A stretch of 64,000 nucleotides of DNA, taken from the IMG/VR virus record IMGVR_UViG_3300002220_000233. One strand, written 5' to 3'. Of the stretch, positions 11,501 to 18,706 are shown in pieces. The stretch comes from a virus. A model generated the notes under the pieces. It saw only the letters and a list, made by a program, of their open reading frames with translations, did no database searches and was not told the origin of the DNA. Position 1 is the stretch's first letter. Each line of letters begins with the position of its first letter. Made by a program: the position numbers and the translations under genes.

Positions 11501-13828
11501 TTCCCTTGTCCATTCGTGCTCTTTGGCGGTGAGCGCGGTCCTGATTAATGACGTAAGTTTTTCTAGTGGCAGCGTCACAACCCCAGGAACTTTTCTAAGG
11601 TCAGAGATCCTGTACTTGGCACCTTTTGTACGCGGCATCTCTTCAGACCCAACGATTGACACAAGCGCCTCGCCATGGATGTTGCTTATAGCATTGAGTA
11701 TATACTTGATCCTGGCCTTGAGGCCCTCCTGTGGGATGGTTGACGTGAATCTATTAATGGCCTCAGTGTCGGTTTCCATCCTGACGGGCTGGACTGTAGC
11801 GGTTCCCTTGTCCCGATCAACGCTTTCAACGCGTACATTGGCGGGAAGCGCCTTGTCTTCCGTAGCCCCAAGTTCCTCTGATATCTCACTGGTTGTCTTG
11901 AGGACTGCACCAGGAACAACCTCCCCAGGCTTTGTAACAAACTTACCCTTTTGCGCAGCTTCCTGCTTTTTACGAATCTGCTCAAGTTTCGACGGCACCT
12001 TTTCCTCTTCCACACGGATGGCAACGTTGAACACGTCTCCATCCTTGACGATGACAGGATTGGCGCCCCTTTCTTTCATGAGTGCCCACTGCTTGGAGCC
12101 CATGGCACTCTTGGCAGTCTTGTAGTCAGCGGATACTGGTTCATATCCTTCCGGAATCCCGATGATAGGCGTACCATCTGTTCCTGCAAGCTGAATCTCC
12201 GCTTCCGTGAGCTTGGTGGACTTGGCTGGAGCTTCCTCGACAGCCTCTGCTGCTTTGGTTGCCAGCTTCCACTTGCCAGCGTCATCCTGGTAGACGAACG
12301 GCTCAACGCCATCCTTCACTGCTTTCTTGTACTGAGAGCTGTTCTTCAGCGACTCTTCAGAATTGAAGTTGATATTGACGGTTTCATATCCATCTGGAAT
12401 CTGTGGAAGTTCCGGGAGCGCAGGCGTAAACTTCTCAGGAACTGTGGTTTCTTCTGCTGTTCCAAGCTTCGCCATGGCGGTCGCGTCGGCGGTAAGCGCC
12501 GACCCACCCTTTTCAATGTCCTTCCTGAGATTGGCTGCCTGTTTCTTGGTGAGATATCCCTGTTGTTCAAGGAGGGAAACGTACTCTTCCATGTTCCCGG
12601 TTTCAGTATCGAAGGTAGTTGGCGCTGCGGCAGCTGGGACAGCAGTTTCAGCAGGGGCAATTGGTGTTTCTTCCTGAGGAGGGGCCCCCTGCTGTTCCCT
12701 TGTCATCCTGCGATACGCACTGCCCGCCCCGGTCATGAACCCGGACAGCAGCAGGACACCTGGAAGCACCTCTGCGGCGGACTTGAGCCAGTCATCGCCA
12801 CTGGTCCATTGACGCATTGGTTCATCGCTCATGCCAGCCTGAACTTCGGCACGCTGCTGACCCATTTGGGTAACGGTCTCAGTGGTTTGCTCCGTCCCGA
12901 TGATGCCGAATGTGCGCGCGAGGGCCTTCATGATCTTGCCCCTCATCGTCGGGGGGAACAGTGCGGCGATCTTGCCTGGGAGTGTGCCCCTGCCTGCCAT
13001 AAGAGCGAGCTCAAGCACGTTACCAGCCGCTTCAGGACCGGCCTCCCACAATCCTGATATAGTGGCAAACTCTTCGAATTTCTTACGGAATTCCGCTTCT
13101 GCTTCCGGAGTGATCGGCTTACCTGTTAACTGAAGACTTTCTTGGTTCTTGCGGTCCAGCCAGTCATTCATGGTCTGGTAAGATTGCATGCGGTGAGCCG
13201 CCACGCCACCGGCTGCGAGGGCCCCGGCAATGCCAACAGGTGTGGTTGGACCACGGCCAGGTATACTACCAGCAAGTGACGCGCCCATGGATATCATGGA
13301 GAACGCAAGGTTGGGTCCAAACTCTGCGACATCCTTTTTGGAAATGACTCCGGGAATGAAGTCGCCAGTACCCTCGTATGTTTTGGAAAGCTCCTCATTG
13401 CGCTTCATCACCCATTTGTAGAATTTGTCGGCGACCCCGGCATCTGCTATGGACGCACCACCCTGGCTCTGGATGGCACCGATGGCCTGGGCGGCAATGT
13501 TCTCAGGAACGCGGGCGAGGGTCTGGACAAATGCGCCGAAGGTGCTGCCTTCCTTTTCTACTGGCATCTCCGTTTCAGCTAGCGGCCCCTCATACGTCTC
13601 ACCAACCTCACCCTCGTACGTTTCGCCGACTTCATTGAGCTGTTGCATTGGCTGCGGCATTCGCGCCTGCGGAACCTGTGGAGTGAAGGATGCCGGAACC
13701 GTGGAATAGTCATAAGAATAATCGGTCGACGGAAGCTGTCCAAAGCTTGGCCGCTCTGTAGTTACTCCAGCATTAGCAGGATCAAAGTACAGCCTGCCTT
13801 CGTAAACTTCACCAATTTCAGATGCCAT
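2531..13828 (-). CDS. Giant (3765 aa) polyvalent internal virion/ejection protein with SLOG (cpYpsA/MoCo-carrier-like), ASCH-like and HExxH metallopeptidase-like modules
   Basis: KIISGGQTGAD..GGTAPKGW..IAGHRE (~10075-10565); IDLIREGKRTSTTR..GDTIEF (~9680-10015); NHEMLH (~5940); last gene of the virion operon. Confidence 0.8.
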   Translation of the reverse strand: MASEIGEVYEGRLYFDPANAGVTTERPSFGQLPSTDYSYDYSTVPASFTPQVPQARMPQPMQQLNEVGETYEGEVGETYEGPLAETEMPVEKEGSTFGAFVQTLARVPENIAAQAIGAIQSQGGASIADAGVADKFYKWVMKRNEELSKTYEGTGDFIPGVISKKDVAEFGPNLAFSMISMGASLAGSIPGRGPTTPVGIAGALAAGGVAAHRMQSYQTMNDWLDRKNQESLQLTGKPITPEAEAEFRKKFEEFATISGLWEAGPEAAGNVLELALMAGRGTLPGKIAALFPPTMRGKIMKALARTFGIIGTEQTTETVTQMGQQRAEVQAGMSDEPMRQWTSGDDWLKSAAEVLPGVLLLSGFMTGAGSAYRRMTREQQGAPPQEETPIAPAETAVPAAAAPTTFDTETGNMEEYVSLLEQQGYLTKKQAANLRKDIEKGGSALTADATAMAKLGTAEETTVPEKFTPALPELPQIPDGYETVNINFNSEESLKNSSQYKKAVKDGVEPFVYQDDAGKWKLATKAAEAVEEAPAKSTKLTEAEIQLAGTDGTPIIGIPEGYEPVSADYKTAKSAMGSKQWALMKERGANPVIVKDGDVFNVAIRVEEEKVPSKLEQIRKKQEAAQKGKFVTKPGEVVPGAVLKTTSEISEELGATEDKALPANVRVESVDRDKGTATVQPVRMETDTEAINRFTSTIPQEGLKARIKYILNAISNIHGEALVSIVGSEEMPRTKGAKYRISDLRKVPGVVTLPLEKLTSLIRTALTAKEHEWTREPSKRRAYDTVTDIVEAPVVRAPGEPIQRLIDAVYKRVFSARYMNPYQETPEQRRMAKVVNFLQGELIRSQSAITKYLRGDAELPSDILYLAHPGKIKGKIAELLKAPAVTRETEVRMDEDIDALIERGIPGTPITEVDDIEKHVNAIVSAVMDMSAGWMEEGKAVTVPIESIAPKEVRVEEYQLSEEDKGVLKQIAEGLKQKQAAEAEVRQKKVEQLWAIKGEEQMRNTQSAPNTVIHSMEELQKKQEALKEKETFEIPAEPMAETTKQTMLAIAKRTMQRVVAIMRGIKKAGEIPAGVPAAEEEVSQRSPFRVKIISGGQTGADIGALVAGKKLGLVTGGTAPKGWKTEAGANKDLKKYGLTEHDKEGYPSRSMKNVDDAEATIAFFWGASVGTEKTVGYAQTGKWQNGRMVTTYDGEKPVAVIGTKNFKNAVEMVRAFLTKTGAKTINIAGHRETSQKGIEKFVTDVLVEALSSKKSGDVVPAAPAKSSQRAAMKYDMPKKDNIHGKPTTTIDLIREGKRTSTTRSWSKRPKAGDTIEFYRAGKESVNVVVTKVTLITDKMAKDAKFLTEWSSKEGWSTAWGKTFFAKSKQAIKNKTIYQVEFTLAPSTPAQEKIVDKETGKEIVFDELKSTIANANQWLTRWGLTDKKIASISTFDKVVFAIWAKTGWFYNKKSKEWEYKDRKLVFSKGTKITKLEPFVEKEVWVDMVPWKWQMENANLISELKQAALLKDGSGMFPEHVAQIKEAQQIVKENALKVAKKKKKGEDVKPNLAKIKAAQETIDTIKNAYREAADDYKKYIKNEGRMRQNPDIAEHAQLMIDNKEIMEKWGGWKGLLTYVTGQQKALHDELVKRQVIGSVESFPPLAGMEKLLDQLRAAMKKKNYKVEAEKVLQKIREAEEEAANIILVRQQMREPKWKNFRVDVRERSKRIENEEQHKYPDIAFAVEVEKLLNSRPGGKDIGIYNEVIDGKETGNKLIYRPGNRWALQRKQAQQNLVLGKGDANKFVLEVLAFATKNDSLGTADDKTFRLIKIVHAYGTALREQLLEGVKYMNSKRISRIVAATQVTSISKKSVDRLYARKIEDQELAARGLTKEKPGEAKVDNAPENVDFRQLYAEAAIIEWALRNIYSNQGRPGLERGFYDELVLFLGGKEIVTGPELKEAEARKRTEEQIQKGRKITAKKVKIFQWTTDNVLTKDEFPLYIREQLKKAGVFLKDLKIQGKEIPYYAGMMLQARMSGKTSTELDRMPKTMKGMMELLGRAFVEVGLDIKEKGYAEAEIKDVISESIRVLSQGTVAVIEDAAEDAESPGEEGGRRPGLDRELETRSISQQRERINGELEVLIKEAKKIELNRGLAAADKKASLEKIAKKYVALSKQLEQLELGKSPKREDAGDGGDYFTPTSEYGDVDLSEIPDDAFMRAVTLAEFYGRVEREASPNSTFAEWSLRIQERLSEYWNILKDYIRALWDRVTGTRPATLEDLLTEPLESRRRREGRAEYAYEVRGGKYHTGKELFEQIAGMTSRPGEKERTYPNRTGWYMFDKALAAGAPKAELNALRTFRTMKPTRTDSRSSIVYKRFEMVMDRYFYGLTNEKVQEVWDYMVSRSTQVLGQEEPISRKQILALTRYKGRKEYRIYKWRAYLTEDKNLMIERVIDPTFLDGLAKELGVKDLNGMLRHPERWADSTVKSGTFLNTGLSYTRVNKDGRTLLFLTDPKTKVTTLRIGAEAARSAATLLARADMHAAGMTTMESRERTDEFTESQRNLPLTVAFLQEAIPGAEIANPEKGVFTVSFPNGFAFTIRNDRVQMTRDNSGMVRTGTWDVRWNQLLEGIPLMTIAKVHDLGTLFRVVNHEMLHMVMDIFMTKAEQQYLIGRFQQKGDTLRQTLERIAVAYEGWNPGDKVAVPEQDMFRKIMGYARTLLHKLRGLFHVSQQMTPEGLFEEARSGRIFARRPQMNLALHPDRQFRLEERAFSMPVVRVDGEVASVEKPTDVASDVQTSDPNIAAKQHNINRIMEDLNIPPLERSILSWANSKIGTSHPLGSRELFRILLDPFNKEKLKDKHNIAGFEMPTTMHHAMLPSWSAAITTDRALSWIVERVEGKFRARLNQEGAIVKKYPWHSWIATFQDNKFKMDQEMHHDALTKMEDFVTLKEGEVVPLYPLLEWGSLNSKYLTGEELRNPATIAKIYADRRYKGESILSEKQIKAYLQVSSYLKKEMLPFINRSAEIGYLSVYARSLSPVAFTELRSVYWKLMDSSEEAADKEMKVALANKDMTDKDKKDIKRAYSNLRKRLTDLRKMRAEINGLEGYVPFVHGEGKYFVRVSRHFTDKDGNVASENVFTRNVRTITQGDMLIDYLKKMPELQNEGVSTFEFHPVARSTRQTTEEYFQTSDFNMERIIQIAVNKVKMSGELTVDEANRVLDEVLQEIANTKAERGASRSGITRKVLQWEKQKYAMGYNTDSFRDDILKYIFGHQGSRTQLETYIEYMDLLRTIPAGMTQTLTQVRSYMENTLRPSDTGDRWVRTAKGWAYHWFLVGKASMAMLQLTQNFITAIPMLAIEMQYGGFKGGLAAAERYYTKAMLDIVGSLTNMKVLTDKESRMLEYMKVHGYTMARYSEELRYQSLGTPQQVWEKALRALSIPIANMEQYNRRSAALAYYRFLNSNPKTSTLSDEEKYKRIEEYINKTHYWYGKGNLPPVAQGAGLFSKLANVAYTFGPFGHNYALSFYYVLQSHGGPAMAIFAARSFAYLVAFAGIPALPFIDDFLELMEKIFGYPFRKAAKKAVREALGSQAQKLYSSGLIGYMGIDAAAALRPSLPFMNSEGVMGVFSGYKADLAKSYDEAKNRDWLRSFEYMSPTALKNILKAYRLSTRGATTRRENQILDMDLEPVKLTGVDIPIQALGFKPYEYGQIMEDRYSLTLVTEKWKQDAERIRERIKLAITDKELDDAVEEMVKYNESIPEQLWGIIPIMKFPKPQRMDKRYMMFEDQFR

Positions 13829-13848
13829 GGGTTATCACCTCGTGGTCT

Positions 13849-15582
13849 TTATGGATAAGATTGCTCTATCTTTTTGGTTGAAATGTTAACAAGCACTATT
13901 CTGCTTGGATCTTTCGTGCTTCGTTTCCACACCTTTCCTGCAGGAGCTGGCGTAGGTGGTTGCACTGGAAGTGATTCTGTACCCATCCCACCTCCTTGTG
14001 CCTGCATTGCGGACGGTACTGCGATACCAGCCGCTTCTGAATCTTTATTGTTCAAATTACGGAGCTTACTAATAAATTCTTCGCGGAGATCCTTCGGAAG
14101 ATGGCTTGCAACCCATGTTTCCGTCCTCATTTCTTTCTCTGCATTGCTGTCAGTCCTTAGCTTCATCAGCGTACCGACAGCCTCTTTCTGCTCCACGGTT
14201 CTCTTGCCAGAATCGGATATCTTCAATGCCTGCCCGGCTACTTTCATTTGGTTTTCATAGGCCTTTATGTAGTACTCTGTAATGGTGTTCTGCCTTACCT
14301 GCTTGAGAGCCTCCGGAGTTGCTTTTGGAGCTACCCCCGCGACAACCTTCCCTGTATCTGTATCGAATGCACCAACACCAGCGATGCCTATGTAGCGCGG
14401 CTGCATCCTTTCCGCCTTGACATTCGGCGATCCCGGCCTGGACAGTACACTACCAGCGCTTACCACCTGCGGTGCGTACTGCTTCTGGAACATCTCCAGC
14501 ATCTTGCTGAGCATTTGCGTACCCTGCTTGTATGGCCCTATCCTGTGCGCAAATTCCCCATCATACTCACCCTTTTTGCGTGCGTATATCCTGTCGAATT
14601 CCGCAGCAAGGGACGGGTTTGACCTGATAATATTGGTATACCCACTCCATCCGCCTGATGCAGCGGAGTTGTTGAAGCGGCGTTCAAATTCATTAATGGC
14701 ATCGTGCCGGATTGCGCCCGGTTCGTATGATGGCGGATTTTGAACGTTGATGCCGAGCATGCCGTTAACTTCAGACATGGCGTGGTTGGTGAATGCTTCA
14801 AGCATCTTGTTGTAGCCTAATTGTGGTCCGCGGCCTCCGATAGTGGTAACCCCTTCTTTGTCGGTTGACGTCCACCTTTTTTCGGGGGTGTACCCACTGA
14901 TATCCTGGGTACCTGAAACTACTGCCTTGCCAGGGACCGCCCCTCCTGCAGTTTGTTGCTTCGCGACTCGCGCCTCTATGTTTGCCTTGCTGTCCATGAC
15001 GGACGGAAGATTGCCATCTGCATCACGACCCATTGGAGGGCCTGGCTCCCCTGTCTCAGCTTCTGGCACGGCGGTAGGCTGACCGGCAAGTCGCTGCTTC
15101 GCAACATCCCGCGCAAGCTGGAAATTCTTATCGATGTTGGGATCGACGGGTGTATCCGTGGGCATGCCAAGATACATACCCGCACCGCCAGCCGCAGCTG
15201 TTGTTGCAGCAAGCGGAGCAGCGCCAACTGCCATCCCAGCGGCAGAAGGTATGTTGGTTGGAAGCACTGAGCTGGCTAACCCACCAATCTCAGCTGGCTT
15301 TGCCACCTTGAATAAATCCCAGGCATTCTTGGCCCACTTTGCTCCCTTCATCGTAGCTCCACCTATCGTAGAAAGGTGGGTCAGCATGTTGAACATTTCA
15401 GCTTCATCAGTGGGGATGGCTCCCATTTCTCTGTACCACGCAAGCCTGTCTTCCTTGGACAGTTTCCAGAAAGGGTTTGCGGAAGCTACTGCAGCACCAG
15501 TATCGGCTACAAGTTGCCCGGCCCATCCTCCACTCCCTGATTCATCTCCCTGGGGAACAGCTATCCTCTCTTCCGGGTCCAT
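13849..15582 (-). CDS. Putative internal virion (ejection) protein, 577 aa
   Basis: Ala/Gly-rich, helical; directly upstream of the giant protein. Confidence 0.6.
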   Translation of the reverse strand: MDPEERIAVPQGDESGSGGWAGQLVADTGAAVASANPFWKLSKEDRLAWYREMGAIPTDEAEMFNMLTHLSTIGGATMKGAKWAKNAWDLFKVAKPAEIGGLASSVLPTNIPSAAGMAVGAAPLAATTAAAGGAGMYLGMPTDTPVDPNIDKNFQLARDVAKQRLAGQPTAVPEAETGEPGPPMGRDADGNLPSVMDSKANIEARVAKQQTAGGAVPGKAVVSGTQDISGYTPEKRWTSTDKEGVTTIGGRGPQLGYNKMLEAFTNHAMSEVNGMLGINVQNPPSYEPGAIRHDAINEFERRFNNSAASGGWSGYTNIIRSNPSLAAEFDRIYARKKGEYDGEFAHRIGPYKQGTQMLSKMLEMFQKQYAPQVVSAGSVLSRPGSPNVKAERMQPRYIGIAGVGAFDTDTGKVVAGVAPKATPEALKQVRQNTITEYYIKAYENQMKVAGQALKISDSGKRTVEQKEAVGTLMKLRTDSNAEKEMRTETWVASHLPKDLREEFISKLRNLNNKDSEAAGIAVPSAMQAQGGGMGTESLPVQPPTPAPAGKVWKRSTKDPSRIVLVNISTKKIEQSYP

Positions 15583-15593
15583 GTCATCCCTCC

Positions 15594-16394
15594 TTATTGA
15601 TTCCTGTAGATGCTGTTAATGTTCGGCACTGCTCCGGCCTTGTACATTCCCTCAAGATCCCGATTGTACTGTCCAACTTCAGACTGGAATTTCTGCAGTG
15701 CGTTCTGATAAGCCGACTGGTATGCGAACTGTGAACTTGCCAGCTCACCTTTGTATTCATCCCCGTATATCTGTCTGCCTTCTCTCATGGACCTGCTGAG
15801 TACGTCGCCCATTTTCTCCCCACCGGAAGCTATCGCACCCTCTGAAGCATACTTCTGAACGATCGGGTTACCGGTTACTCCAGCCCTGGTAATTGCGTTA
15901 CGGATTGCCCTGCGCAGCTCGGCAAGGTATGGAGCGGCATACTGTTGTGAGTATTTCTTCACCTTGCCCTCATCATACCCTGGTTTGTTATACGGGCCGA
16001 CACCCTCCCATACGGGAGCCTTGATCCTGTTCCAGTCGAAGGTTTGAGGAACGGGGGATCCTATGGCGGTAGCGCCGCCTCCGCTTGCGCCTGCCTTCCC
16101 TATGTTGCTATTTGCGCCTACGTTTTTGTTCCAGTCGTCCGAAGACCCCCATGCTGATCCCCACGCTGTGGGGGTGGCACCATTATTTGCAGGCGCAGGT
16201 ATGGTATTTGTTATTCCGGGGAATCCCCACCCATACGTTTCTCCCTCTCCTCCACCTAAATATCCAGTAGGGTTTATTCCAGAGTTCCAGGTAGTATTTG
16301 ACAAATTGTCTCCTTCTCCTGATACCCGAAATAACGGGTTGCTTTGCTGTGGCACTGTTGAATAATCTCCGTAGTTTTCAACATCGAACGACAT
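15594..16394 (-). CDS. Putative internal virion protein, 266 aa
   Basis: Gly/Asn-rich N-half, coiled C-half; position in operon. Confidence 0.55.
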   Translation of the reverse strand: MSFDVENYGDYSTVPQQSNPLFRVSGEGDNLSNTTWNSGINPTGYLGGGEGETYGWGFPGITNTIPAPANNGATPTAWGSAWGSSDDWNKNVGANSNIGKAGASGGGATAIGSPVPQTFDWNRIKAPVWEGVGPYNKPGYDEGKVKKYSQQYAAPYLAELRRAIRNAITRAGVTGNPIVQKYASEGAIASGGEKMGDVLSRSMREGRQIYGDEYKGELASSQFAYQSAYQNALQKFQSEVGQYNRDLEGMYKAGAVPNINSIYRNQ

Positions 16395-16397
16395 GGC

Positions 16398-16739
16398 TTA
16401 TTCCCCCTTTCCACGTTTTATTCTAATATCCATTTGCATATCCCTTAGTAAGCTCCACGCTAGATGAAAGAAGTTCGACAGCCTGTGAATGGCTAGCGCG
16501 AGTATACCATACTGTACCCAGTAACACTCCATATGTAAATACAATATCGCTATCAAGAACCCAGCCCACACACTGACACAGTACTTGCACTCCAGGAGGT
16601 GAGCATCCTGGCGTTGGCTGTACAGCCACGGTGTTCGCTTGATAATCCATAGCCGGACTCCTTGCAATGGTGCAGCGTGGAACCAGAGTTGGATGATGGC
16701 TTCACACGCTATCGTTAGTAAGAATAACTTTGTAATCAC
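16398..16739 (-). CDS. Membrane protein, DUF1360-like (GTG start assumed)
   Basis: LLECKYCVSVWAG motif between hydrophobic segments. Confidence 0.55.
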   Translation of the reverse strand: MITKLFLLTIACEAIIQLWFHAAPLQGVRLWIIKRTPWLYSQRQDAHLLECKYCVSVWAGFLIAILYLHMECYWVQYGILALAIHRLSNFFHLAWSLLRDMQMDIRIKRGKGE

Positions 16740-16905
16740 AATTGCAGCCTTTATAGCCGTACGGTGAACCACAGCAGGGGCGGTATTTCTTCAGTTGTTT
16801 CGCGCATATGGGGCAACGCTCATTGAGTATTTCCAGCACTGAGCCGGGCACCTCATCCTTCTTGCTGGATCGCCTGAGTCCTGATAGCAAATCAGCAACG
16901 CTCAT
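16702..16905 (-). CDS. Small Cys-rich protein
   Basis: CPIC..PCC..CNC; coupled to upstream stop. Confidence 0.55.
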   Translation of the reverse strand: MSVADLLSGLRRSSKKDEVPGSVLEILNERCPICAKQLKKYRPCCGSPYGYKGCNCDYKVILTNDSV

Positions 16906-17276
16906 TTCTTTACCTTTCTGAGCTTGCCTTTCCACCACTCAATATCATGTTCTGAATTGAGTACCGTGTCGCAGTCCGGATTGGAACATACCCACTGAAG
17001 CTTGTAACCATCAGGATTATCGGCAAGTGGACGGTAGAACATTTCCCTCTGGCATTCCGGACACTGAACAATCTCAAATCTGCGCGATGTGCGCCGTTCG
17101 TCTACCCCCATGGTTGCCTGAGCCATGAAGATCTCACGTTCACGCTCGGCGAAAACCTCTTGGTAGGCCTGGAATGCCTTGGTGATGTGGTTGTCGGTCA
17201 GCTCACCGAAGATACGCATGGCGCGATTCATGGCTTTGAGCCGGTCTTGGAATTCTTCGCGGGTAAACTCTTTCAT
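16902..17276 (-). CDS. Zinc-ribbon protein
   Basis: CPEC..CSNPDC. Confidence 0.65.
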   Translation of the reverse strand: MKEFTREEFQDRLKAMNRAMRIFGELTDNHITKAFQAYQEVFAEREREIFMAQATMGVDERRTSRRFEIVQCPECQREMFYRPLADNPDGYKLQWVCSNPDCDTVLNSEHDIEWWKGKLRKVKK

Positions 17277-17283
17277 ATGACAC

Positions 17284-18429
17284 CTACAGTAACTGGATTG
17301 GGCAGCAGCCAGCTGCCTTTTGACCCTCGTCTCTTACATCACAGTAACTTCCACTTGCGCAACCGATACAATCAATGCAAAGATCAAATTCGCAAGTACT
17401 GAAGTTAATTTCCAGTCCGACAGTTCCATCACAATTGTAAATAGCACCAGTACATATTGTAAGCGGTGGTGTTTCGGAAAGAGTATCAACGCCATAATGA
17501 ACGGCATATCCTTCGCCACCGTTTATCGCAATCTTCAGTGTCCCGCACAGAGCTGTACCGCGCCTCAGTTCAATCGTAGGATTCTCGTCGCAATTCTCAT
17601 TGGTAGCCGGTGCAGTATAGTCAATGCTGGTGGATGTCTCATTGGAGAACGATCCCCCACCGGACACGATGCTCCATGAGTACGTTACGCCTGTAACCGG
17701 ATTGGATATATTAAGGGTCTGTGTTGTGTTGACAGCCATCTGCAATGTAGTCGGAGAAAGGGTAGCAGTGCCGCAGCCAGCTGGTTGTATCTTGATCTTT
17801 TTGGAAGCGCAAATTTTGTCCCTATCTCCGCTGGCAATGAATGGTGACACACGGATAACATCATACATTTCGGTTGCAGCATATGGCGCTTCGTATGAGC
17901 CACCAACAATCCATCCCTTATCCGCGCTCCAGTCATAGTCGCACTTGCTGTCTGCCGGTGGGTATGAGAATTCAGCCTTACCTCCGGACTCAACCGTGCT
18001 GGGTCCGACAATCTGTTGACCTTTTTTGCAACAGTAATGCAAGATAGTATCTACGGGGCATCCAGCAGCAATATATCTCTTCAGTCCAGCTGCAATTTCG
18101 TCCGTGAGATATCTTGTCCCCGTTGTCCATCCCGGGAATATCTTCAACCACAGCGCCCAGCAACTTGGGTCAGATACCTTGATCTGTGGCGGCTCAAACT
18201 TTGGATAAGGCGGAGATTCCCATGGCCCAAACGCGTCTTCCACTCCCTGATAATCATCGTCGCTATCGTACGGCTTCTGGTTCTCTGATTCCGGGAACGG
18301 GCCTATCTGCACCTGGGCATACTTCTGCGTTACCCTCTGCTGCATCTCCTGAAACGTATTCTCTGTGTTCATCTGCGGAAGACGAAAGAACTCGTTGCTG
18401 GTAACACGGTCTTTAAGGCTTTTCTTCAT
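17284..18429 (-). CDS. Cys-rich virion protein with Ig/PKD-like beta segments
   Basis: YDWS and YSWSIVSGGGS..YTAP segments; ATG overlaps upstream stop. Confidence 0.6.
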   Translation of the reverse strand: MKKSLKDRVTSNEFFRLPQMNTENTFQEMQQRVTQKYAQVQIGPFPESENQKPYDSDDDYQGVEDAFGPWESPPYPKFEPPQIKVSDPSCWALWLKIFPGWTTGTRYLTDEIAAGLKRYIAAGCPVDTILHYCCKKGQQIVGPSTVESGGKAEFSYPPADSKCDYDWSADKGWIVGGSYEAPYAATEMYDVIRVSPFIASGDRDKICASKKIKIQPAGCGTATLSPTTLQMAVNTTQTLNISNPVTGVTYSWSIVSGGGSFSNETSTSIDYTAPATNENCDENPTIELRRGTALCGTLKIAINGGEGYAVHYGVDTLSETPPLTICTGAIYNCDGTVGLEINFSTCEFDLCIDCIGCASGSYCDVRDEGQKAAGCCPIQLL

Positions 18430-18704
18430 TCCTTCTTCCCGAGCAGCCCCATGGATGCGTAAGCTGCAATGAAATCCGCCTCTGCAGCATGGGTTAGCTT
18501 TAATGTAAGATGATAGCAACTGCTACCGCCACCTAGCCCAAGATTGGGATGGACAGCATCAGAATTAACCCTGTCCCTTGTTTTGAACAGCTTATATCTT
18601 GCGTGGTACAGTTCAAGTGTACTGTCCGTGCTGAGACAGGTAAACTTGAGCCGCAGGTGCTTGCCTTCAAGGTTTGGGAATGTCCGCACTGTCTCTATTG
18701 CCAT
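18426..18704 (-). CDS. Hypothetical virion-operon protein
   Basis: Tightly packed ORF with an internal PNL..HL.LK repeat. Confidence 0.6.
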   Translation of the reverse strand: MAIETVRTFPNLEGKHLRLKFTCLSTDSTLELYHARYKLFKTRDRVNSDAVHPNLGLGGGSSCYHLTLKLTHAAEADFIAAYASMGLLGKKE

Positions 18705-18706
18705 GG

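Noticed and set aside
2531..13828. N4-like or crAss-like virion RNA polymerase
   Set aside because: No DxDGD or T7-type polymerase motifs recognised; cannot be fully excluded without a structure search
3009..13858. Long plus-strand ORFs opposite the giant gene (e.g. 7355-8914, 11951-13057)
   Set aside because: No motifs or RBS; expected shadow ORFs, unlike the HNH ORF in intein 1
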